The position numbers were made by a program, and so were the translations under genes. This document shows, one piece after another, positions 9,219-18,850 of a stretch of 64,000 nt of DNA. The first letter of the stretch is position 1; each line of letters opens with the position of its first letter. The stretch lies in assembly GCA_965197385.1 (NCBI GenBank), contig CBDANA010000009.1, positions 788,558 to 852,557 of the forward strand, written 5' to 3'. The notes below the pieces were generated by a model. It ran no database searches. It was not told where the DNA came from and worked only from the letters and a program-made list of their open reading frames with translations. This DNA comes from Vicinamibacterales bacterium. Its GTDB lineage: Bacteria; Acidobacteriota; Vicinamibacteria; Vicinamibacterales; UBA823.

Positions 9219-9383
9219 ATGCCCAAGTGTCTCGAGTGCGACGCTGACATCCGCCTGAAGGCCGACGTCGAGTCCGGCGAGATCGTGGATTGCCCGGACT
9301 GCGGTACCGAGTTCGAGGTACGATCCGTCGATCCACCGCAGCTCGACTACGCACCCAAGGAAGAAGAGGACTGGGGCGAATAA
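9219..9383 (+). CDS. lysW: LysW/ArgW amino-group carrier protein
   Basis: 54 aa. Zinc-ribbon CxxC...CPDC ([24 protein letters not shown]) and the acidic tail ending EEEDWGE, which is diagnostic of LysW. Confidence 0.85.
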   Translation: MPKCLECDADIRLKADVESGEIVDCPDCGTEFEVRSVDPPQLDYAPKEEEDWGE

Positions 9384-9388
9384 GGATC

Positions 9389-10249
9389 ATGCGCCTGGGC
9401 GTCCTCTGCTCCATCGTCCGCACCGAGGAAAAGCTGATCTTCCAGGCGCTCCGCGCCCGGGGGGTGCCGTTCGAGAAGATCGACGACCGGCAGCTCTCCC
9501 TTGATCTGCAGGTCCGCCAGCTGCCCTGGGATGTCGTCCTCGAGCGCGCGGTCAACCACGCGCGCGCCCTGCACACGTTGAAGATCCTGAACGACCGCGG
9601 CGTCCCGACGATCAACACCTGGGACGTCGCCAACGTCTGCGGCGACAAGGTGCTGACGACGAACGCGCTGGTGCGGCACGACGTGCCGACGCCAAGAACG
9701 CGGATCGCCTACACACCGGAGTCGGCTCTCGCCACGATCGAGGACATGGGCTATCCCATCGTCCTCAAACCGGCTGTCGGCTCCTGGGGCCGGCTGATCG
9801 CGCGGGTCAACGACCGGCAAGCCGCGGAAGCGCTGCTCGAGCACAAGCAGATCCTGGGGTCGTACCACCACTCGATCTTTTACATCCAGGAGTACATCGA
9901 GAAGGGGGGACGGGACATTCGCGCGTTTGTCGTCGGCGGCAAGACGATCTGCGCCATCTATCGGATGAGCGAGCACTGGATCACGAACACCGCCCGGGGC
10001 GCTACCACCGCCAACTGTCCAGTTACTGACGAGCTGGACGCCGTCTGCCTCGGGGCGACCAAGGCGGTCGGCGGCGGCGTCCTGGCGATCGACGTCTTCG
10101 AAACCGACCAGGGCCTCCTGGTGAACGAGGTGAACTACACGATGGAGTTCCGCAACAGCATCGGCGTCACCGGCGTGCCGATTCACGAGCGCATCGTGGA
10201 CTACGTGCTGTCCATCGGCCAGGCGCCGGCGACGATAGCCTCCCGATGA
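9389..10249 (+). CDS. lysX: RimK-type ATP-grasp ligase LysX/ArgX
   Basis: ATP-grasp motifs ([35 protein letters not shown]). Located directly after lysW. Confidence 0.8.
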   Translation: MRLGVLCSIVRTEEKLIFQALRARGVPFEKIDDRQLSLDLQVRQLPWDVVLERAVNHARALHTLKILNDRGVPTINTWDVANVCGDKVLTTNALVRHDVPTPRTRIAYTPESALATIEDMGYPIVLKPAVGSWGRLIARVNDRQAAEALLEHKQILGSYHHSIFYIQEYIEKGGRDIRAFVVGGKTICAIYRMSEHWITNTARGATTANCPVTDELDAVCLGATKAVGGGVLAIDVFETDQGLLVNEVNYTMEFRNSIGVTGVPIHERIVDYVLSIGQAPATIASR

Positions 10250-11283
10250 AGGTCAACATTCTCGGGGGGTCTGGGTACGTTGGCGGCGAGCTGCTGCGGC
10301 TCCTGCTCGACCACCCCAAGGTGACCGTCGCGCAGGTCACGTCCGAGCGACTCGCGGGGAAACTCGTCGCGACGGCGCACCCGAACCTCAGGCGGCGAAC
10401 CGACCTGCGCTTCAGCCGCCTGGAGGACCTGGACCCATGCGATCTGCTCTTCGCCGCGCTGCCGCACGGGAGCTTCGCCCAGAAATTTGGGGAGCTGCGG
10501 TCCGTGGCGCCACGCATCATTGACATGAGCGCCGATTTCCGCCTGCGCTCGCCTGCGGCCTACCGACGCTGGTACGGCCACGACCACCCGAATCCGGCGG
10601 CACTCGCCGACTTCGTGTACGGCATCCCCGAGCTGCACCGGGCCGACATCGCGGGGGCAGCCTACGTGACCGGCGCCGGCTGCCTGGCGACGACGGCCAT
10701 CTTGGCGCTTCGCCCGCTCTTCCTCGAAGGGGTGGTCGCCAACCGCGAGGTCTATATCGAGGCGAAGGTCGGCTCGTCGGCAGCGGGCAACAAGGAAAAC
10801 GCGTCCTCACATCACCCGGAGCGCAGCGGCGCCGTCCGATCGTTCCAGCCGACCGGCCATCGGCACACCGGTGAGATCGTGCAGGAGCTCTCCGACCACG
10901 GCGCGCCGACGGTCCATTTTTCTGCCACAGCGATCGAGCTCGTGCGCGGTGTGCTCGTGACCGCCCACGTGCGTCTTACGCAGGATCTGGACACCAAGGC
11001 GCTCTGGAAGCTGTTTCGGGCCGCGCACGGTCACGAGCCCTTTATCCGAATCGTGAAGGAGGCGCGCGGCGTCTTCCGCTATCCGGAACCGAAGATCTTG
11101 GCCGGCTCCAACTACTGCGACGTCGGCTTCGAGCGCGATGCCGACGCCGACCGGCTGGTCGTCCTCGCCGCTCTCGACAATCTCATGAAGGGCGCCGCCG
11201 GCAACGGCGTGCAAGCGATGAACGTCATGGCCAGCTGGGACGAGCGCACGGGTCTGGACTTCCCCGGACTGCACCCGGTCTGA
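10246..11283 (+). CDS. lysY: [LysW]-aminoadipate/glutamate semialdehyde-forming reductase (ArgC family)
   Basis: [20 protein letters not shown], and the active-site region [11 protein letters not shown] is typical of ArgC/LysY. Confidence 0.8.
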   Translation: MKVNILGGSGYVGGELLRLLLDHPKVTVAQVTSERLAGKLVATAHPNLRRRTDLRFSRLEDLDPCDLLFAALPHGSFAQKFGELRSVAPRIIDMSADFRLRSPAAYRRWYGHDHPNPAALADFVYGIPELHRADIAGAAYVTGAGCLATTAILALRPLFLEGVVANREVYIEAKVGSSAAGNKENASSHHPERSGAVRSFQPTGHRHTGEIVQELSDHGAPTVHFSATAIELVRGVLVTAHVRLTQDLDTKALWKLFRAAHGHEPFIRIVKEARGVFRYPEPKILAGSNYCDVGFERDADADRLVVLAALDNLMKGAAGNGVQAMNVMASWDERTGLDFPGLHPV

Positions 11284-11291
11284 TCGCGCCG

Positions 11292-12116
11292 ATGCTAGTC
11301 GTCAAAGTCGGCGGCGGCCGCGGCATTGGCTACGAGCCGGTGTGCGACGATCTCGCAGCGCTGCACGCGCGAGGCTGCCCGTGGCTCTTGGTCCACGGCG
11401 GGTCGCACGAGACGAACGAGCTGGCCAAGGCGCTGGGGCATCCCCCGCGGTTCGTTACGTCGGCCTCGGGGTACGAGAGCCGTTACACCGATCGCCGGAC
11501 GCTCGAAATCTTCGAGATGGCGTACTGCGGCAAGGTGAATAAGCGTATCGTCGAGCTATTGCAGCGCCGGGGTGTCCCTGCCATCGGGTTGGCCGGCCTG
11601 GACGGCCGCCTGCTGTCGGGCCCCCGGAAGGCGACGCTCACCATCGTCGAAAGCGGAAAGAAGAAGGTCCTCCGGGACGATCACACCGGCAAGATCACGT
11701 CGGTCAACACCGAGCTCATCCGAGTACTCTATGATGCCGGCTACGTGCTCGCGGTCTGCCCGCCCGCCATCAGCGACGACCATGTCGCCGTCAACGTGGA
11801 TGGCGACCGCGCGGCAGCCCGGCTGGCCGACGCGGTGGGTGCGGACGACCTCGTGATTCTCTCCAATGTTCCTGGCCTGCTGCGCGATCCTGATGACGAG
11901 TCGTCCCTCATCCGCCATATCGTATCGGATGCCCTGGACGGATACGTCGACTACGCCAAAGGGCGGATGAGAAAGAAGCTAATGGCGGTCAAGGAGGCGC
12001 TCGCCGGCGGCGTCCGACGGATCGTGCTGGGGGATGCCCGGCTCGACCAGCCCGTGACGGAAGCGCTCGCCGGCAGAGGAACGGTCGTTGCAGCCGCAGG
12101 ACATCATCGCGCGTGA
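11292..12116 (+). CDS. lysZ: [LysW]-aminoadipate/glutamate kinase (ArgB family)
   Basis: Amino-acid kinase fold: VVKVGGG, LVHGGS, AVNVDGDRAAA. Confidence 0.8.
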   Translation: MLVVKVGGGRGIGYEPVCDDLAALHARGCPWLLVHGGSHETNELAKALGHPPRFVTSASGYESRYTDRRTLEIFEMAYCGKVNKRIVELLQRRGVPAIGLAGLDGRLLSGPRKATLTIVESGKKKVLRDDHTGKITSVNTELIRVLYDAGYVLAVCPPAISDDHVAVNVDGDRAAARLADAVGADDLVILSNVPGLLRDPDDESSLIRHIVSDALDGYVDYAKGRMRKKLMAVKEALAGGVRRIVLGDARLDQPVTEALAGRGTVVAAAGHHRA

Positions 12117-13251
12117 AGACCGGCATTCGTCCGGCCTGTACCACAAGCGTCCGATCGCCCTCGTCCGGGGCAAGGGCGCGCGGGTGTGGGACGCTGACGG
12201 CCGCGAGTACATCGACTGCACCGCCGGCATCGGCGTCGCCGTCCTCGGCCACGCCCACCCGGTCGTCGTCGAGGCCCTGGCCGCGCAGGCGGGTCGGCTG
12301 ATCACGGTGCACGAACTGTTCTACAACGACCGGCGCGCGGCCCTGCTCGAGCGGCTGCACGCGGTCACGCCGCCCTCGCTCGACCGATTCTTCCTCAGCA
12401 ACTCCGGCGCCGAGGCGAACGAGGCGGCCATCAAGTTCGCGCGGGCGGCGACCGGCCGACCGGAAATCGTGTCCGCGATGCGCGGCTACCACGGCAAGAC
12501 GCTCGGCGCACTGAGCGCGACGTGGGGCAAGAACTACCGCGCGCCGTTCGAACCGCTCGTGCCCGGCTTCCGGACCATCCCGTTCAACCGACCCGAGGCG
12601 GTCGCGGTCGCTGTCACGGACGCGACCGCGGCGGTGATCGTCGAGGTCGTCCAGGGCGAAGGCGGCATTCGACCGGCGACCACGGAGTACTTGCGCGCCA
12701 TCCGCGACGCCTGCACCGAGCGCGGCACGCTGCTCATCATCGATGAGGTCCAGACCGGCTTCGGCCGCACGGGGACACTGTTCGCGTTCGAGCACCACGA
12801 CGTGGTCCCAGACATCCTGACACTCGCCAAGAGTGTGGCGGGCGGCATCCCAATGGGGGTGACGGCATTCGGCGACACCGTCGGCCAGTTGGCCAAATTG
12901 AGCCACACGACGACCTTCGGGGGCAACCCGCTGGCCTGCGCCGTGGCCGATCGGGTCATCGCGCACATCGTGGAGACCGATCTGCCGGCCCGCGCGGCCA
13001 CAGCCGGCCAGCGGACGATGGATGCCATCCGCGCCTTCGGCAGCCCGCACGTCCGGGACATCCGCGGCCTGGGTCTCATGATTGGCATCGAGCTGAAGCG
13101 CCCGGCCGCCAAGACAGCCCGGGCGTTGATGGATGAGGGCGTTCTGGCGCTGCTGGCCGGCTCGACGGTCCTCCGGCTACTGCCGCCGCTCGTCATCGAA
13201 GCGGACGAGCTCGACACAGTGGTCGCCGCCCTGGGCAGGGTGCTCGCGTGA
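12088..13251 (+). CDS. lysJ: class III aminotransferase (ArgD/LysJ family)
   Basis: Motifs GIGVAVLGHAHP, IVEVVQGEGG, LIIDEVQTGFGRTG, LAKSVAGGIPMG. Confidence 0.8.
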   Translation: MQPQDIIAREDRHSSGLYHKRPIALVRGKGARVWDADGREYIDCTAGIGVAVLGHAHPVVVEALAAQAGRLITVHELFYNDRRAALLERLHAVTPPSLDRFFLSNSGAEANEAAIKFARAATGRPEIVSAMRGYHGKTLGALSATWGKNYRAPFEPLVPGFRTIPFNRPEAVAVAVTDATAAVIVEVVQGEGGIRPATTEYLRAIRDACTERGTLLIIDEVQTGFGRTGTLFAFEHHDVVPDILTLAKSVAGGIPMGVTAFGDTVGQLAKLSHTTTFGGNPLACAVADRVIAHIVETDLPARAATAGQRTMDAIRAFGSPHVRDIRGLGLMIGIELKRPAAKTARALMDEGVLALLAGSTVLRLLPPLVIEADELDTVVAALGRVLA

Positions 13252-14297
13252 CCGATCGGGATGCCATCGACCTGCTGCGTGATCTTTGCGCCGTGTACTC
13301 GCCGTCAGGCGAGGAGGTCGGCGCAGTGTCGTTGCTGGTGGAGCGAGCCAACCGGGCCGGCCTCCACGCATTCTCTGATGACGTCGGGAACTTCGTCGCC
13401 GAGCGCGGCACTGGCCCGACCACGATCGTCCTGCTGGGTCACGTGGACACCGTGCCGAGCTTCATCACCCCGTCGGTGGCCGGCCGGTCGCTGCATGCCC
13501 GGGGCGCCGTCGATGCCAAGGGACCGCTTACCGCGTTCGTCGCGGCGGCCTCCCATGCCGCGATTCCGGACGACGTCCGGGTGGTCGTCATCGGCGCCGT
13601 CGAGGAGGAGGCGCCAACGTCGAAAGGGGCCCACTTCGTCCGCGATCGATATGCGCCCTCGGCGGTCGTTATCGGTGAGCCGAGCGGTGTCTCGGGCATC
13701 ACCCTCGGGTACAAGGGGCGCATCGGCCTGACGCTTGTCGCGCAGCAGGCGCACGCGCACACGGCCGCCGAAGACAGGAGCATCGCCGCGCGTGCCGCTG
13801 ACTGGTGGACCCGACTCGAGGACTACTGCGAGCGTCGCAACCACGCACGCACCGTCTTCGAACGACTCGACCCACACCTGGCAGAGTTTCAGACGTCGAC
13901 CGATGGATTCACCGACCGCGCCGACCTGCGCGGCAGTGTACGCCTCCCGCTTGACGCAGCTGTCGATGACCTGCGGGCTCGATTCGAGGAACTGGCCTCC
14001 GGCTGGGGCTCGGTGTCACTCGACGGATTCGTTCCGCCGTTCAAAGCGGGCCGCAAGAACCGACTGGTCGCCGCCTTCATTCGAGCGATCCGGCAAGCCG
14101 GCCTGACCCCCAGCTTCAAGCTGAAAACCGGCACGTCTGACATGAACGTCGTCGGCCCGGTCTGGCGGTGCCCGATTGTCGCCTATGGCCCGGGCGACTC
14201 GACCCTCGACCACACCCCTGAGGAACACGTGGACCTCGACGACTACCTGCTCGCCGTCCGCGTCTTGACACACGTCCTCGGCGACCGGCTTCAGTGA
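13248..14297 (+). CDS. lysK: M20-family deacylase ([LysW]-lysine/ornithine hydrolase, ArgE/LysK family)
   Basis: Motifs LLGHVDTVP, ARGAVDAKG, EEEAPTSKGA. It is the last gene of the lysW cluster and has overlapping start/stop codons. Confidence 0.7.
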   Translation: MTDRDAIDLLRDLCAVYSPSGEEVGAVSLLVERANRAGLHAFSDDVGNFVAERGTGPTTIVLLGHVDTVPSFITPSVAGRSLHARGAVDAKGPLTAFVAAASHAAIPDDVRVVVIGAVEEEAPTSKGAHFVRDRYAPSAVVIGEPSGVSGITLGYKGRIGLTLVAQQAHAHTAAEDRSIAARAADWWTRLEDYCERRNHARTVFERLDPHLAEFQTSTDGFTDRADLRGSVRLPLDAAVDDLRARFEELASGWGSVSLDGFVPPFKAGRKNRLVAAFIRAIRQAGLTPSFKLKTGTSDMNVVGPVWRCPIVAYGPGDSTLDHTPEEHVDLDDYLLAVRVLTHVLGDRLQ

Positions 14298-14338
14298 AGC
14301 GCTTCGCGCTCGGCTCTGGGCGCTCGGCTCTGGGAAGG

Positions 14339-14668
14339 TTAGGAGCCGGCGACCAGCATGATGGCACCGGTGCCGATCAGCGTCACGGCGCCGGCGAAGA
14401 GTGTGAAGTCCGCAATTTCAGAACGCTCACCGCGCAGCTCGATCATCTCGTCGATCTTCTCGGGTCCGCGCGTGAGAAAGAACCCGAAGAGACCGACGCC
14501 CACCACCAGCGCGACGATGGCCCCGGCCTTGCGCCTGCCGCCGGACGCCGACGGCGGGCCATTGTCCGCGCCAGACTCTTGACCGTTCGGCGTCGCGCGC
14601 GCGGCTGCCGCCGCCGCGGCGTCGCGAACCCATCCGGCCGGCTCGGCGAGCAGGCGGCGTACCCGCAC
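14339..14668 (-). CDS. hypothetical small membrane protein
   Basis: C-terminal third of track ORF 14339..15034: two TM helices (AIVALVVGVGLFGFFL, FTLFAGAVTLIGTGAIMLVAG). The start is placed at an in-frame GTG below the MITE, because the upstream part of the ORF is repeat sequence. Confidence 0.3.
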   Translation of the reverse strand: MRVRRLLAEPAGWVRDAAAAAAARATPNGQESGADNGPPSASGGRRKAGAIVALVVGVGLFGFFLTRGPEKIDEMIELRGERSEIADFTLFAGAVTLIGTGAIMLVAGS

Positions 14669-14697
14669 CAGATCGGCGCTTGACGCAGGCGTGACGC

Positions 14698-14887
14698 CTA
14701 GCGGCCCGTGGTGAAAGTCCAGCGACGCACCGAGACCCCGCTGAACCAACGCCGCGGTCGCCCAGCGCAAGGCGCGACGAGGGAAAATACCGGCTGTATG
14801 TGGCCCATCTTGGACAATGCCCAGCGCCGCCGAAGCCGAGATGCAGCGCCGGTCGCATGCAGCTGGACTTTCACCACGGGCTGCTAG
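14698..14887. mobile_element. non-autonomous MITE-like element, copy B (CTAG...CTAG)
   Basis: TIRs are CTAGCGGCCCGTGGTGAAAGTCCAGC and GCTGGACTTTCACCACGGGCTGCTAG. The internal core is shared with the copies at 29589 and 38239. Confidence 0.7.
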
Positions 14888-15030
14888 CGAGGCCCAGCGC
14901 GCCGGCAACGGCCCCTGCGCGGCGACCGTGCTGCCCCACGCGACCAGCCCGCTCAACGTCAGCACCAGGACTCGGGACGCGCGGCCATGCAGACACGGCC
15001 TCTCCGCTCGCGGCATCATCACGTGCACGC

Positions 15031-16779
15031 TCAATCCGAAGCGGTAGCCTCGTACACGATCCGCCCGCCCAGGATCGTCGTGAGCACCGCGGTCTCGAGG
15101 ATCTCCGGTGCCGCGATCGTCATGATGTCCCGAGACAGCACGACCATGTCGGCCAGCTTACCGACCTCCAGCGATCCTTTCAAATCTTCTTCGAAGGCGC
15201 CGTACGCGGCATCGATCGTGAACATCCGGAGCGCTTCCTCGCGGGTGACGAGCTGCTCCGGGTGCCACGGCGCCGCGTTTCCCGGATCATGGTCCTGCCG
15301 CGTCACCGCCGAGTAGATCCCCCAGAGCGGCCTGACCGACTCGACCGGCGCGTCCGATCCTCCGGGCATCCGGACGCCCGAATCGAGGAGGGTGCGCCAG
15401 GCGTAGGCAAACGTCGTCCGCTGCTCACCAACTCGATCGACGACCCAGTGCATGTCGCTGGTGGCGTGCGTCGGTTGCATCGACGGCAGGACGCCGAGCT
15501 CGGCGAACCGGCCGACATCGTCCGGGTGCAGAATCTGCGCGTGCTCAATACGCAGCCGGTGATCCTCGACGCTCGATTCCTCGATGGCGCGCTCGAACGC
15601 ATCGAGTACGACGCGATTGGCGGCGTCACCGATTGCATGGGTTGCCGTCTGGAAGCCGGCCTCCAGCCCGCGCAGGATCGTGTCGTAGATCTCGTCCTCG
15701 CTCAGCCGGAACAGCCCGGTGTTGCCCGGGTCGTCCGCATACGGCTCCAGCAGCGCCGCACCGCGCGAGCCCATCGCCCCGTCGATGCTCATCTTGATGC
15801 CGCGGATCGTCAGCCGGTTGTCGTATAGGCCGACCTGCGGCCCCTGCTCGAGGAAGTAATCCAGCTCGTCGTAGGTGTGCTGCTGCTCCGCTTCGTTCGC
15901 CGGCCAGCGGACGAACTCGTAGAGGCGAAAGTCGAAGTCGTCGTCCTCGAGCATCTCGAGATAGACCTCGATCTCCTCCCGGGAGCCACCCGCCTCGTGG
16001 ACACCGGTCAAGCCGGAGGCCAACGCTTCCTCGATCGCCAGTTGCACCGCCTGCCGGCGCTGCGCGCGTGACGGTGGCGGAATCTCCCGCTCGGCGAGAC
16101 GGAAGCCGTTGTCGATCAGCGTGCCGGTCGGATCGCCGGCGGCGTCACGAATGATCTGTCCACCCGCCGGATCCAGTGTGTCGCGGGTGATGCTGGCCGC
16201 CATGAGCGCCGCGCTGTTGACCCAGGCCGCGTGACCGTCGATCCGTTTGAGGAACACCGGGTTGTCCGGCGACACGCCGTCCAAGTCTGCCTTTGTGGGG
16301 AACTCGCGCACCTACCAGGTGTTCTGATCCCAGCCCCGTCCCTCGATCCAGTCACCTGGCGGCGACGCGGCCGCACGTCGCCCGACCTCCGCGACGATCT
16401 CTTCCTTGCTCATCCCCCGCGCATTGAGAATCTGCCGCTGGCGGCCGAGGTTCGTGAAGTGCACGTGCGCATCGATCATCCCCGGCACAACCGTCTTCCC
16501 GTCGAGCCGGATGACCTGGGTCTCGGGGCCGACCAGCGCCTCGACCTCCGCGTCGGAGCCCACGGCAGCAATCCGATCGCCCCGCACGGCGATCGCCTGG
16601 GCGGCGGGTGCGCCGTTCGCCATCGTCACGATATTGCCGCCGGTCAGCACTACATCGGCCGGATTCTCCGGTACCGACGGTCCGCATGCGGCCCCGACAA
16701 TGATGATGAGGAGGACCGCGGCGCTTGTGAGAAACACGGCTGGGACCGAAGGACGGCGCAGAAGAAAGGCCGTGCGCAT
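15031..16779 (-). pseudogene. YtcJ-like amidohydrolase lipoprotein with an in-frame TAG
   Basis: Track ORFs 16312..16884 and 15031..16311 are contiguous in one frame: ...GRGWDQNTW-TAG-VREFPTKADLD. The intact paralog at 18851 reads [20 protein letters not shown] across this point. It has a lipobox (IVGAAC) and the MIDAHVHF metal motif. Confidence 0.8.
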
Positions 16780-16811
16780 GGTTCGTAGCTCGCAACCGGA
16801 CGGCCTCGCCG

Positions 16812-18374
16812 CTACGGCTCCTCCGTCGTCTCCAGGTAGCGCTTCGCTTCCCGGTAGCCCCCGAAAGCGTCCCGACCGTCCCACACGTCCGCCACGCGCG
16901 TGTAGTACTCGCTCGCGGCCTCGCGGTTGCCGACGGCCGCCTGCGCCCGGGCCATGCCCAGCAGGGACCGTGGCCGATTCGGCAGCCTCATGAGCGATGT
17001 CTCGAACCGTTCGATCGCCTTGGCCGGCCGATCCAAGTCCAGCAGCAGCTCGCCGTACAGCTCGAACACCGGCTTGCTCGGCCTGGCAGGTCCGTTGGGT
17101 GGGCGCATCGTCAACACCAGCTCCACCGCCTCGTCCATCAGGCCGGTGGCGACGTCGGCATGGCCCATCGCGGCGTGCACCAGCGCGCCGACCTCCTTGT
17201 GCATGATCTGTGTGGTGGTGTCACCGTCGCGACCACCGTTCTCGACCAGCGCCTTCAGCGCCGCCTCGGCGGCTCGCGCCGCGGCCTAGTCGCCCGTCCG
17301 CGCGGCACTCAGACCAGTGGCCAACAGTTCTACCGCCGAGGAGTCCTCCGTGATCGGCCCGAACTTCCACTCCTCGGTCTCGATGACGTACCGCCCGACC
17401 AGCCTGGAGCGAGACCGCGAGGCCCGCTCGCCGCCGGCCCGCTGGGCCAGCCCGTCGAGCCGTTCTAGCCAGAGGCGCGCCTTCGCGTAGTCGCCCCGCT
17501 GCAGGTCGCCGTAATGACCCCAGTCGAGCGAGTGCATCGCGTCGCCGACGCTCTCGCCGCCGTTCCACAGGTCGATCGCAGCCTCGAACGCATACTGGTT
17601 ATTACCCGACACGCGATCCCACATGCCGTGCTGGATGAAGATATGCGTCGGCATGTGCCGGGCGTGGGAAACCGCCGGCGCAATCTCGGCGAAGCGATTG
17701 GCTGCGGCCAGCGCCAGCGGCGCATGCAGCGGGTAGTCGTACGAATGGATGGTGTAGTGAGCAGCGCCCGGGTGATCGGGATTCTCGTCGAACAGCTTGA
17801 GCGCGATGACGCCGGCGCGCATCTCGGGCCGCAGGCTCTGATCGCCGGTGGCGCGCAACGCGCCCAGAACCGACAGCGCGTAGAACGCCGCCACCTCGGA
17901 GTCGTTCGGATGGGCCTCGTAGAGATCCTCCATCGCCTCCATGTATCCCACGCGGCGGGCGACATGGTCGCCGTCGCCCCAGAGCACCTCCACGGCGTTC
18001 AGGAAGCCTCTCTCACGGTCGGTCGGCGCCTTGGCCAACCGACCGGCCCGAGTCGGGGCCAGACGGGCGAGCGCCGCCCGCGGCTTCGTGGGATCCATGT
18101 TCGAATTTAGCGGATGGTTGTAGGCGAGCGACTCACCCCAGTAGGCCAGCGTAAAATCGGGATCGAGGCGCTGCGCCGCACGGAACTGCTCTCTCGCCTG
18201 GGCCCAGCCGAAGCTGTGCAGGATAGCGACGCCTCGGAGGAATGACTGCTGGGCTTCCGCCAACGCCGAGGTCGGGAACTCGATCGAGCCGACGTTCTGG
18301 AACTGCGCATGGGCCGTCGCGCCCGCGCCGCACGTCAGGACGACCACCGCCACCGCAAGAAATCGTTTCGTCAT
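16812..18374 (-). pseudogene. secreted TPR-like protein with an in-frame TAG
   Basis: Track ORFs 17286..18521 and 16812..17204 share a frame with one stop between them: ...SAARTGD-TAG-AAARAAEAALKAL. The real start is MTKRFLAVAVVVL at 18374 after a GGAAGGAG RBS; the upstream ORF extension is repeat sequence. Confidence 0.6.
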
Positions 18375-18400
18375 TTGCTCCTTCCAATCGACAACGCGTT

Positions 18401-18470
18401 CTAGCAGCCCATGGCGAAAGCTCAATGAGCCACCTGTAGCACGCCCAGTATATCGCCGGGCCAGGCACGA
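18401..18470. repeat. short CTAG-anchored palindromic repeat, copy G
   Basis: Left arm CTAGCAGCCCATGGCGAAAGCTC, degenerate complementary arm TATCGCCGGGCCAGGC. It sits between two gene ends. Confidence 0.45.
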
Positions 18471-18471
18471 G

Positions 18472-18738
18472 TCACGGCCGCACGGCGAGTTCCGCCGCGA
18501 AAAGCATCGTCCGGTCGTCATCCCGCACCGCCCATCGCATCAGCGTGCGCACATCCGGCTCCAGGTGCTGTCCGACGGCGGTCCAGCCATTCACGCGGAC
18601 CCGAATGCGGCGCGACAGGTCGAACCGATCCGGTGACACCAGGATCGTGAACCCGGCGATGCCGGTCGTCTCAGGCAGACCGTTCGACAGTGAAGCATCA
18701 TCCGTTCTCCGGAGCGGTCTCCTGCCCGCTCGGCTCAT
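18472..18738 (-). pseudogene. possible 5'-truncated gene remnant (C-terminal domain only)
   Basis: Only the last ~88 codons of track ORF 18472..19293 look protein-like (GFTILVSPDRFDLSRRIRVRVNGWTAVGQHLEPDVRTLMRW...). The rest is antisense to the amidohydrolase gene. Confidence 0.3.
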
Positions 18739-18850
18739 GATAAACTCGCATCGCCGTCGCCTGAGATGACCCGCTCGACCATGGCCTCCACCCGGGCGCC
18801 CTGCACCGCGCGGCGGCGGACGTTCCGCGCCAACCTTTACCGTCTGGACC

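Noticed and set aside
14339-15034. The 231-aa ORF that looks like a single gene downstream of the lysW cluster.
   Set aside because: Its middle (14698-14887) is a complete MITE copy, and the N-terminal part has no protein-like features. Only the C-terminal ~109 codons were kept, at low confidence.
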